This document shows, piece by piece, positions 1 to 10,841 of a stretch of 64,000 nucleotides of DNA. The notes under the pieces were generated by a model. It was not told the origin of the DNA. It ran no database searches and saw nothing but the letters and a program-made list of their open reading frames with translations. Source of the DNA: Dendrobates tinctorius (lineage: Eukaryota); the NCBI RefSeq assembly GCF_039654945.1, contig NW_027361819.1:4278001-4342000 (forward strand), given 5' to 3'. The translations under genes and the position numbers were made by a program. Numbering within the stretch: position 1 is the first letter of the stretch; each line of letters begins with the position of its first letter.

Positions 1-78
1 GGACAGAACGAACAGAACCGGCGCAGCCTCCTGCTGATTTATAGGCACCTGGGCCCAATGGGTGGAGCGCTGGTCTTA

Positions 79-642
79 GGCCTCTTTCACACTTCAGTCT
101 TTTTTGCATCAGTCACAATCCGTCAAAATGTGAAAACACGGATCCAGTGCAGATTGTCCAAAAATTGGTGCACCGGATCCGTTTTATTCGACGGATCCAT
201 TGCAGCAGCCACTGTAGGAAATTTAAAGGAATGGGAGTCGTTCGTTCGAGGGAGAGAGAGAGAAAGAGAACTTTCTGTGCCAGAACGGCTTCCTTCTGGG
301 CATGCTCAGGTGAAAAAGCGGAATCCGTTGCTGGATTCCGTCATGTGACAGACGGCGACGGATCCGTCACACATAGGCGTCCATTACTGCAGACGACGGA
401 CGGCGATCCGTTGCTGTCCGACTTTTCGACAGAGACAAAAAATGTTCCTGTGGGCGTTTCCCCCGACTTTCCGACGGATCAGTCGCATGATGGACGAAAC
501 AGATGTCCATCCATCGCAATCCGTCAGCAATACAAGTCTATGGGGAAAAAGACGGATCCAGCGGACAAATCCGTCGGATCCGTATTTTTCTCCTAACAAC
601 GGATTTTGACTGACGCCAAAAGACTGAAGTGTGAAACAGGCC
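79..642. mobile_element. MITE, PIF/Harbinger-like (copies 31453-32016, 62930-63493)
   Basis: Long imperfect TIRs GGCCTCTTTCACACTTCAGTCTTTT... / ...AAAAGACTGAAGTGTGAAACAGGCC, TTA on both flanks, internal GACGGATCCG motifs. Confidence 0.85.
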
Positions 643-658
643 TTAGGAGACAGAACAT

Positions 659-1993
659 GTGCTCGGCTGCTCTCACGGCTCTGTCTCGTGCTCCACCACT
701 CTCAGGGCTCTGTCATGCGCTCCTCCGCTCTCAGGGCTCTGTCGTGTGCTCCTCCGCTCTCAGGGCTCTGTCGTGTGCTCCATCGCTCTCACGGCTCTGT
801 CGTGGGCTCCGCCGCTCTCACGGCTCTGTCGTGGGCTCCGCCGCTCTCAGGGCTCTGTCGTGGGCTCCACCGCTCTCACGGCTCTGTCGTGGGCTCCGCC
901 GCTCTCACGGCTCTGTCGTGGGCTCCGCCGCTCTCACGGCTCTGTCGTGGGCTCCCCACTCTCACGGCTCTGTCATGCGCTCTGCCGCTCTCACGGCTCC
1001 TTCTTGCGCTCCACCGCTCTCACGGCTCTTTCTTGCGCTCCGCCGCTCTCACGGCTCCTTCTTGCGCTCCGCCGCTCTAACGGCTCCATCTTGCGCTCCG
1101 CCGCTCTCACGGCTCCATCTTGCGCTCCGCCGCTCTCACGACTCCGTCTTTGGATCTGCCGCTCTCACGGCTCCGTCTTGCGCTCCGCCGCTCTCACGGC
1201 TCCTTCTTGCGCTCCCCGCTCTCACGGCTCCTTCTTGCGCTCCGCCGCTCTCACGGCTCCTTCTTGCGCTCCGCCGCTCTCACGACTCCGTCTTTGGATC
1301 TGCCGCTCTCACGGCTCCGTCTTGCGCTCCGCCGCTCTCACGGCTCCTTCTTGCGCTCCCCGCTCTCACGGCTCCTTCTTGCGCTCCCCGCTCTCACGGC
1401 TCTGTCGTGTGCTCCGCCGCTCTCACGGCTCCTTCTTGCGCTCCACGCTCTCACGGCTCCGTCTTGCGCTCCCCGCTCTCACGGCTCTGTCGTGTGCTCC
1501 GCCGCTCTCACGGCTCCTTCTTGCGCTCCCCGCTCTCACGGCTCCTTCTTGCGCTCCCCGCTCTCACGGCTCTGTCGTGTGCTCCGCCGCTCTCACGGCT
1601 CCTTCTTGCACTCCACGCTCTCACGGCTCCGTCTTGCGCTCCCCGCTCTCACGGCTCCGTCTTGCGCTCCGCCGCTCTCATGGCTCTGTCTTGCGCTCCC
1701 CGCTCTCACGGCTCCGTCTTGCGCTCCGCTGCTCTCACGGCTCCGACGTGCGCTCCGCCGCTCTCACGGCTCCGTCTTGCGCTCCGTCGCTCTCACGGCT
1801 CCGTCTTGCGCTCCGCCGCTCTCACGGCTCCATATTCCGCTCTGCCGCTCTCACGGCTCCGTCTTGTGATCTGCCGCTCTCACTGCTCCGTCTTGCACTT
1901 TGCCGCTCTCACGGCTCCGTCTTGCGCTCCGCCGCTCTCACGGCTCCGTCTTGCGCTCCGCCGCTCTCACGGCTCCGTCTTGTTCTCCGCCGC
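659..1993. repeat. GC-rich minisatellite, 28/29 bp unit (GCTCCGCCGCTCTCACGGCTCCGTCTTGC); copies ~32033-33424 and 63510-64000
   Basis: Direct tandem repeats. Unit 2 is 57 bp (28+29) longer than unit 1. Confidence 0.95.
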
Positions 1994-2708
1994 AGCAGAG
2001 CAATGTTTAATATGTGGACGTGCCGTCCAGGGAGGTTTTCTTACATAAATGTATATCAGACCACAAAAAAATATTAAATCATTGTGTGAAAATTTCTTGA
2101 AATTTATTGATGAGGATTTTTTGCGCAGCGCCCTATAGATCTAGCAGAGTAAGGGTGTGTGCACACGTTGCGGATGCTGTGCGGATTTTTCTGTGCAGAA
2201 TCTGCATCTCTTGGCAGAATCCACAGGTCAAAATCCGCGCGTTTTTATGCGGATTTCCTGCGGATTTATTGTGGATTTCGGCTGCATTTTTACACCTGCG
2301 GATTTCTATAATGGAATGAGTGTAAAAACCGCTGCGGAATGCACACAAAGAATTGAACCGCTGCGGAATGCACACAAAGAATTGACATGCTGCGGACTCC
2401 GTGCGGAATTTTCCGCAGCATGTGCACAGCCAGTTTTTTTTTTACATAGGTTACCATTGTATTGTAAATCACTTGCAGATCTGCAGAGGATCCGCAACAT
2501 GTGTGTGGCGCCCCCAGGAGTATGGTCGCCACAGTGGCATTGCCCTCCTCCAGGGAGGGTGATGTCGTGCGTGGAGGCAATGAAGGGTCTCTCTGACAGT
2601 TAATCTCTACATACAACACAGTTCACACTCCAGGCCAGCAGAGGGAGCTCTGAACCTGAATTGGGGGAGGAGTGCTCTCTGGGGGCCAGGAAGGGAAATG
2701 AGGAGTTA

Positions 2709-3859
2709 AGCTATGTGCACACGCTGCAGATTCATCTGCGTTTTTTTCTGCGCAGATCCGCAGGTAAAACCGCAGGTCAAGTGATCTGCGGATTATCCTG
2801 CGGATTTGCCCTGCGGTTTCACACCTCTACTATGGTAAAGGTGTGAAACCGCTGCGGAAAACGCCCAAACAATTGACATGCTGCAGTGTTATGAATGAGT
2901 CACCGTAGGAGGCAAAAGCAGAAATACAAGCTAAGTCCAGAAAACCAGAGAAGTTGGCAACTATCAGATTGCAGACCCCTGAACCTATCAACACAACTAG
3001 CAGTAGCCGTGGGGGGCTCCTACGATGCCCTAGACCCCTCGATCACAGCCGGAGAGATACATAGGCCTAAAGAAAGAAAGGGGAAATCTAAACTGCCCCA
3101 GAGCAGACCCCAAAGCAATAGGCAGCCCCCAACATATAATGACGGTGAAGCAAGATGAAAATACTAACACAGATAGAAAGATAGACTGAGCAAAGACGGG
3201 GCCCCAAAACTACCTAGATAGGAAAGGACAGGAAGGCTGCTGTCTGCAATCTGCCAAAAACCTATCAGAGACAAAAGCCAACAAGCTGATATGAAAAAGG
3301 CCCTGAAGCAGCTAGGCTTCAAAAACTGAATCAGCACTCAGGTATTTTCAGAAGACAGAGCTAAATGAATTCAGCACACCCCAGCAGGGAATGGCAGAAA
3401 TCCAGAAAAACAAAGCAAAAACAAAGTCAAAGCACAAAAGCAAAAGGCCGAGCAGCAAACTTAGCTTTGGAGGAGCAGGAATTCAGACTGGTCTCCAAGG
3501 ATCCCACAGAGAAATCACCCGCAGGGCAGAAGGGCGTCGGCAGCCTTATATCCACTCCGTAACTCCACTCAGCCAGTCACAATCATCAGCCTCAGGTGTT
3601 TGACAATCAGGTTCACTACCTTTCTTTACCAGGAGAGGGAGTTCCTCGGGCCTCAGTAATGAAGGGGAAAATGAACTCACAACACTGCAGTTTGTAAACC
3701 GCAGCAAAACCGCGCGGAAAAAACCGCACCGTGAGCACAGCTTTTTTGAAACCCCATAGGGTTTCATTGTACTGTACTTTGTCAGCGGAACTGCTGCGTT
3801 TCCGCAGGGGCAAAACCGCTGCAGAAACGCAGCAGAATCCGCACCGTGTGCACATAGCC
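2709..3859. mobile_element. Harbinger-like MITE inserted in the solo LTR; copy 34140-35290
   Basis: TIRs (A)GCTATGTGCACACG / CGTGTGCACATAGCC with TTA on both flanks. Confidence 0.75.
2887..3684. mobile_element. ~0.8 kb solo LTR-like insertion (family Y); copy 34318-35115
   Basis: TGTTATG...CACAACA termini flanked by an exact 6 bp direct repeat CTGCAG (2881-2886 and 3685-3690). Confidence 0.7.
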
Positions 3860-4557
3860 TTAGTGTGAGGACTCAGGAGGGCAACGAGTGTAGACGTGTG
3901 GAGAGAAGCTGGAGGTTGAGCTGAGGACAGAGAGCTCCCTCCCAGTGAGAGCGCATGATCTGGAGCCTGGTCTCCACGGTTGTATGGATACTGAAGGTCC
4001 TGCAACAGAAACCAGAGGAGTAGGAAGCTGTAAATGCTCTATTCCCAACTAAGACTCGGAGACACAACAGCGACGGGTGAGCCAAGAGAGATAGAGGGCT
4101 ACAGCTGTCAGCCATACGAGGTAGTTCTAAGAGATGATAAGAAGGAGGAACTTCAGAGTAACACTGTACTGCATGTACCTCAAGCCAGCGCCACGGACCG
4201 AGTCACCGCTGCTGTGACAACCCCCTCTGAGAGACCGGCCCGGTACCGAGTACCCCACAGCCCTGGGAGGGCGACCCACGTGCACAGACCCTAATAGAAA
4301 TTGACTCGTTGCGGATGTGAAACTCGGGGTTTACACGGAGTATACAGGCGTCCAGGGCAGGAGATTCCTATAAATCCTTCTACTTATTAGACGTTGAGTT
4401 TTTGATGCAGTGAAAATCCCCAGAGTCACAAACTCATCGTGTGAACACGGCCGCAAACATTTTCCTAACAGCATCGAAGCCGCCGCTGATTCCAGCCTAA
4501 GGCCATGTTCACATACAGCGATGAGAGGCACAGGAAACATTTTATATCGCACCTTAA

Positions 4558-4904
4558 GGCTATGTGCACACGCTGCGGATTCTGCTGCGGATCCGCAGTG
4601 TTTCAGGCTCTGCAGCAGATTTAGCTGCGGTGTACAGTACCATTGTTTTCAATGGTAAAATGAAAATCGCTGTGCACATGCTGCGGATATTTCCGTGCGG
4701 TTTTGCTGCGGGTTCAAATTGCAGCATGTCAATTCTTTGTGCGGATTCCGCTGCGGTTTCACACCTTCTCCATTGTAGAGGTGTGAAACCGCAGGCTAAT
4801 CCGCAGGTAAACCACAAGTCTTCTGACCTGAGAATTTACCTGCGGATTTTTCCAAATCCGAGTGGAAAAATCCACAGGATCAAAATCTACGTGTGCACAT
4901 AGCC
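4558..4904. mobile_element. Harbinger-like MITE; copy 35989-36335
   Basis: TIRs GGCTATGTGCACACG / CGTGTGCACATAGCC, TAA/TTA flanks, internal TGCGGA repeats. Confidence 0.85.
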
Positions 4905-4920
4905 TTATGGCGCTGGTGCC

Positions 4921-4967
4921 GGGAATTTCACCCCATCACGCTGGAACATTCTGGGCCTTTCGCTTCC
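4921..4967. promoter_or_regulatory. Candidate immune enhancer motifs: NF-kB-like GGGAATTTCA plus Ets-IRF composite GGAAGCGAAA (minus); copy 36352-36398
   Basis: Motif matches only. They lie in non-TE-looking DNA; the unit-2 copy is ~7 kb upstream of the copy-1 CARD exon. Confidence 0.3.
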
Positions 4968-5334
4968 TAGATTATAAATTTGTTGAAATGTTATATATCT
5001 CATAAATAAGATATTCTTTTCTCAGAGGAAACATAATGGTCTTTTCCAACATATATGTCAGTTTGTTTTTTCAGTTTTTTTTCCAATAAATTTATAAAAA
5101 GTCCAAAAAATCTAGAAACCAAAACCATTCATCCCAACTTTACAGAAGGAAAAAAGGGACAAATTATGTGGCGCATGTAGCGGCAATTTTGGCTACGCCC
5201 CTGGTCACACCCCCAAGCCACACGCCCATTTACCATTTCTTTCTCCCATGGCTGGAGGAGTTGTCAGAGGGGCGCTGGCAGTGAGGGAAGTTTAGCAGAC
5301 GCTTGAGGCTGCTGGGCATAGACCCAAATCCAGG

Positions 5335-6066
5335 ATTGTCCACTGTATCCGGGGCTGTCCGCTGTATCCGGGGCTGTCCGCTGTATCCGGGGTTTGTCCA
5401 CTCTATCCGGGGGGCTGTCCGCTCTATCCGGGCTGTCCGCTCTATCCGGGGGCTGTCCGCTCTATCTGGGGGCTGTCCGCTCTATCTGGGGGCTGTCCGC
5501 TCTATCTGGGACATGTCCACTGTATCCGGGGCTGTCCGCTGTATCCGGGACTGTCCGCTGTATTCGGGGGCTGTCCACTCTATCCGGTGGGCTGTCCGCT
5601 GTATCCAGGGGCTGTCCGCTGTATCCGGGGGCTGTCCACTGTATCCGGGGGCTGTCCACTGTATCCGGGGGCTGTCCACTGTATCCGGGACTGTCCACTG
5701 TATCCGGGGCTGTCCACTCTATCCGGTGGGCTGTCCGCTGTATCCTGGTCCATCCGCTGTATCCGGGGCTGTCCGCTGTATCCGGGGGCTGTCCACTGTA
5801 TCCAGGGGCTGTCCGCTGTATCCGGGGGCTGTCCACTCTATCCGGTGGGCTGTCCACTCTATCCGGTGGGCTGTCCGCTGTATCCGGGGCTGTCCACTGT
5901 ATCCGGGGGCTGTCCACTGTATCCGGGACTGTCCACTGTATACGGGGCTGTCCACTCTATCCGGTGGGCTGTCCGCTGTATCCTGGTCCATCCGCTGTAT
6001 CCGGGGCTGTCCGCTGTATCCGGGGGCTGTCCACTGTATCCAGGGGCTGTCCGCTGTATCCGGGGC
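5335..6066. repeat. Minisatellite, 20/21 bp unit (GGGGCTGTCCGCTGTATCCG); copy ~36767-37636
   Basis: Direct tandem repeats. Unit 2 is ~138 bp longer. Confidence 0.95.
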
Positions 6067-6318
6067 CTCCGGTGCAGATTCCTGTGTCTCTGGTACAGAT
6101 CAGTGCTCCCTGGCGGATGGACCGGAGGCCACGAATCTCTGACCTTCCAGCGTCCCCTGCGGCTTTTGCTCCCCCAGGGCCGGAGCGACGTCCTCTGTGC
6201 ACCCGACTCCTCTCTAGTTGGAACCTGTGGATTATTTCTTGTTCTTCATTCACAGTCGGAGCCGCCAGAACTTTCTCATCTTTCTGTAGCGTCACTATAT
6301 GACGTCTGGTGTCTGTAA

Positions 6319-6465
6319 GGCCGTGTTCACACGGTGCAGAAATACTGCGTTTCTTGTTTTCTGCAGGATCCGCACCAATCTGCACAATAACAATCTTCTC
6401 CCCCTTATGTGATGAGTTTTTAATGTGTTTTTTATAGGACAGAAAAGCTTTGATTCTTAATAAAG
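6319..6465. mobile_element. Truncated Harbinger-like MITE end
   Basis: taa|GGCCGTGTTCACACGGTGCAG terminus; no partner TIR found downstream. Confidence 0.45.
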
Positions 6466-7232
6466 TATGGACACTGATGGTCCTGCAGCAGACACCGGTG
6501 GAGTAGTGGGCTGTAAATGCACTACTCCCATCCAAGACTTGAGGGCACAACAGCAACATTGATAGTGAGCCGGGACTCAGGAGTGAGGAGTCCCCGAAGC
6601 AGGCTCCAGCTGTCTGCCGTACAAGTAGAGTTCTTGGGAACATCTGTCAGGAGGCACTCCAGTGTAACTCAGTACTAGGAGATCTTCACACTTAAAGGCG
6701 CTATAGGGGAGACGTTCAGAAAGGCACATGTTGGCGGAGCGTTGGAAGGGAGCATTCCATCTGACCTGGAGGTTGACTGAGTCCCTGACCCGGAGGACAC
6801 GGCACGGAGGCAGGCACCTGTGTGTACTACAGACTGTGAGTAAAGCTTTGGAACTACAAGCCCCGGTGTCCTCCATTCATTCCCGTGCCAACACACCCAG
6901 CACTGCTACATCTGGGTACCAGCTTCTACACCGCTTGTGCCTCTCCTCTCCCCCTACATCCACACTGCCCTGGGGCTACAGCTCCACCTGTGGGGAGCTT
7001 CACCATCTTGGCTGCAACACACCACCAGCCCCAGTGGATCTGTCTGCAGCGTCGGCCTAACATCTCACTTGCCGAGCACCACAGGTGGCGTCACGAACTA
7101 TTCATCTAGCTACATTTCACATCTTCCTATTACTTGGGTGCCCAGGGCCACGGTCCGGGTCACTGCTGCTGTGACACATCCCACTGATACCAGCCCGGTA
7201 CCGAGTACCCCACAGCCCTGGGAGGGCGGCCC
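6466..7232 (+). mobile_element. Partial solo LTR-like element (family X); copy ~38036-38802
   Basis: Ends in CCGGTACCGAGTACCCCACAGCCCTGGGAGGGCGGCCCA. Reverse-complement homology to 16615-17370 and 25004-25740. Confidence 0.7.
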
Positions 7233-9052
7233 ATTAACTTAGTGGCCATCCCAGTTGGGGAGGAGGTAAGTGGGCTCAGGAAGCAAGTCCCTGGTTGTTA
7301 GGCATTTACCATGAAGCTAATGGAGAACTAATAAGTATTGTTGAGAAGGCCACAATTTGGAGAGTGTGTAGCCACAAAAGATTTAAGGGATCAAGAAGAT
7401 CCAGGAACGAGTTCTACAGAAATTGACCAATACTAATAATTGCCGGAGTGCGGCAATAGAAGGAGAACCAATAAGAAGACGCCTTCCACCATCGGTGACT
7501 ACCTGCCGTAGCATAGTCAGAGCTGAGGGAGGCGAAATTCCCCTAGAAGGAATGGGCTGTGGGTCAACATGTAAAACTGGACTTCTAACTGTGCGGATTT
7601 GGCAGCCTAACAAATCTTGTTGGAAGACTGCAGCGCAGCCAATCAAAAAGCTTTAAGGCTGTTGGCACTTCTGGCCTCATCACAGCCATGCCAACTAACG
7701 GCATGGCTGCAACTGGCTGGCACACCATGTGACTCAGCCTGACGCTGTCAAATAAAAAAAAAAAAAAAAATATAAAATAACCGACATGGGGTCCCCCTAT
7801 TTTGTATAACCAGCTAAGGCAAAGCAGACAGCTGGTGTGGCTATTAATAAGCTCCATGATGCACCAATTCTGGCACTTAGCCTAGGCTCTTCCCGATTGC
7901 CCTGGTGCACTTGTGTTGGCATTATACTTTAAGACACCCTTCTCATGGCCTCCATAATGTGTGGGGAACTTACTTTAGAATGACTGCAATGTTGTTAGCC
8001 ATGTTCTTTATTGACCTCTTCGAATAGTATTTTTATTTTGGGGGTAGGGGCCCAGCTAGGATTTCTGCGTTGGGGGCCCCATGATTTTTTTTGTATGCTT
8101 CTACCTGAGAGCTATAGCTTTTTTACTTTTCCATCCCCATCGCAGTATGAGGACTGGTATTCTGCAGGACAAGTTGTAGTGTTGAAGGACATCATTCACT
8201 TTGTCGCAATGTACTAGACACTGGGAACAACAATTTCAAGTGCGTTGAACTGGCAAAAAAAAAAAAAATAATAATTTCCCCGTTAACTTTTCAGGTTTAC
8301 AGCCTTTATTGTGAGGTAAAAATGACATGACAATTCTCCAGGTCAGTACGGGATCCTCGCCAAAAAAAAAAAAAAAAAAAATTTGAAAACTCTGAGAAAT
8401 ATTTCAATTCAATATTTCCTTTACAGCAGCCCAACAGATGAGGATATACTCCACCCTGGGGGTAGATAGGACAGGTGGAAGTTATAGTTTAGCCCTGAGC
8501 CTCCACCTCCTTGTACTTTGAGATCTGAGCCGTAGGAGAAGCCCTAGGGATTTTCTTGTTACAGAAGGAATGGTTTAGTATTAAACCTGTTTCCCCAATG
8601 TGGAGGCAGCAGGGTACAGCCACAGCCCTGTAACAGTCTAGTAAAAGCTTAAAAATACAGAGGGGAGGAGCTTGGGTCACCATCTATAGAGCGCAATTCT
8701 CACTGTCCTATCAGCTCGCAGGGTGGAGAAGATCCGCGTGGGGTTACAGTCTCATTCGTCACTTCCTGTCCAACGGAGTTTTAGCTTTTAGCTTACATTT
8801 CTGAAGATATAATAACTCCCCTTTATCCTGGATGTAGTATTTGTGGTGAGTAGAAGAAATGAAGGCATTTTCCAGGAGTATTTTTGGTTTTCTCTGAATG
8901 GAGGAAGAGCTGAGGTGTAATAACTGTGAAGCTGCGCTCCTGCTGCCCGGACTGAGAGGTGACAAAGCCACGCGGGGGAAGCCGGACATTTACTGCGATG
9001 TGTCCTCCTCTACAGACAGAGCTGATCCAATTCATATGGGGTCGATCTCACC

Positions 9053-9187
9053 TGTGAACAGGCCTCCCTGGCTGACAGATGTAGCAAAGCTGAGGTTTCC
9101 TTAATCACTAACAGGTAAATACAACCTGTTAGTGATTCAGGAAACCTCAGCTTTGCTACATCTGTCAGCCAGGGAGGCCTGTTCACA
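9053..9187. repeat. Near-perfect palindrome, 64 bp arms with a 7 nt loop; copy 40631-40765
   Basis: TGTGAACAGGCC...CACTAACAGGT-aaataca-ACCTGTTAGTG...GGCCTGTTCACA. One mismatch in copy 1, five in copy 2. Confidence 0.92.
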
Positions 9188-10793
9188 AGTCGACACTTAA
9201 AAGCAACCCGCCATGTTTAGTTACTGCCCTCCAATTGCCACCGTGGCTCAGTTCCGAGTGACGGTTCTCTTCCCCCCCCCCCCCCATGTTAGAAGCCACA
9301 GTGTCATGTGGAGAGAGCAGTAGAACTAAACCACACCTTCTCTTCCTTTTCTGTGCTATGGGATAGGACCGTCAGGGAAGGCATGGCTTCAACTTATCAC
9401 TGCTCTCCACATGACATTGGTTATTTCCTCAGCCACAAAATGCGTGAGAAAGTTACTAGTCTGGCCCAGAGTAGAGTACCCCTTTAAGCAATAGCTTTAC
9501 CATAAGGGCATGGAATCAAAACACTGACCAACAGCACGTCTTCAGATTGAAAACCGCTCTTGACATTAGTTCTGCTTCGGCACTGAAGTATACCCTGAAT
9601 TAAAGTGCTTGGCTATTTCTCAATGCCAATGGGTTTTTAGCTGAGAACAGTGTCTTATTCTGGATGACCAGACCTTTACCCATCTAGTGTTAGTTCATAA
9701 AAGCTTTAGTCCTAAATCCTCATTTAAAGATTTTGTGGCACAGACCCAAAATAGAAATTGAAGCCAGGACATCATGGCGAACAGCTCCAAAGATGAACGC
9801 CTCCTCACCAACTTGCCATAATTCACACAAGTTATGGCTAAGGATAGAGAGAGTATCCTCCAACACTTGGAAGAAAATACATTTTGAAAGTGGAAACCAT
9901 TTTGGGTTCAGGATGCTGTGCCAAGCTTCAAATAAGATAAAGAGCATGGTTTCCAACCACCAAGATTTTCAGAATTAAAGGATGCACAAACTGCGAGTTT
10001 TTAAATATGCATTTAATACATTGGTGTAAAGCTTACATCATAGGAACATATTACCAGACATCACCAGAGACCTTAGAGAGCCATCAAAGCTTAGAAGCGC
10101 ATTTACTATAATAGAGCAAAACTACAGAGAAGATGCGATTAGTGGAAAGTTAAATGGTTGGTGGAAGCACAGATCATGTCTTGCCCCAGTATCACATTCA
10201 TAGAGCACCAAGAACTGGAGGAACCAACACTGATCTTCTGCCAATGAGACATCTATAGCTGGGACCAGACCACTGGCGAATACGTGAACTTGTCACAGAA
10301 GTAATAAGGATCCCCAGAACACCTGATCAGTGGTCACATCACTGCCAAACAAACATCTTAGTTCTGCTATTGACCAAAGAATGATAATCCAGGAGAAGAG
10401 TTCATGAATTCTGAGTCCAGAGGATGGCTTTGTAGGACGGTCCCATGTCCTCATCACAATATGCTTTCAGTGAGACTGATGGAGCCTAAATGAAGGAAGA
10501 CAAAACTCAGTTTCTGGATTATTACATAGGAGCTCTCAATAGCAGTTTGATAAGTTAGATGTAAAGAGGAAAGATGACTTAGTATAGAGGGCAAGACAAG
10601 GCTTAATTATATATTGCTTGGATTTCATTGCTGGGAGGAGCCATGAGCCTGTGAGTCCTACTGACACCACCCACACTGCCGATTGGCTGCTCTCCTCAGA
10701 TGAGTATACATGTGACGGGTCAGCAGGACTCAGGCTCACTAGTGGTCCGGACAGCAATTTAGACATACACATGGATTCACCTGATTAAAGCTG

Positions 10794-10799
10794 TTTATT
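10794..10799 (-). terminator. Candidate polyadenylation signal AATAAA, ~43 nt after the stop (copy 2 ~42367-42372)
   Basis: tttatt on the + strand in both copies. An alternative ATTAAA lies at 10012-10017. Confidence 0.35.
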
Positions 10800-10841
10800 T
10801 TGTAGCTGTGGAAATTACTTACAGTTCTTGTGTTACTGATC

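Larger units (their letters stand above)
2504..4278 (+). mobile_element. Solo LTR-like element (family X), interrupted by a MITE; copy 33935-35709
   Basis: TGTGGCGCCCC...GGGAGGGCGACCCA termini (TG..CA) and 4 bp flanks TGTG/CGTG. Homologous to the elements at 16615, 25004 and 26836. Strand is nominal. Confidence 0.7.
2153..4291. mobile_element. Harbinger-like MITE (outer layer of nest); copy 33584-35722
   Basis: TIRs GGGTGTGTGCACACGTTGCGG / CCGCAACATGTG..CACAGACCC with TAA on both flanks. The right TIR is split by a solo LTR. Confidence 0.75.

Noticed and set aside
606-2077. Long 470-500 aa ORFs (also 31980-33508)
   Set aside because: Open in several frames only because the 28/29 bp minisatellite lacks stops; the translation is periodic and low complexity.
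5303-6643. 240-355 aa ORFs on both strands (also 36735-38213)
   Set aside because: Translations of the 20/21 bp minisatellite running into TE sequence.
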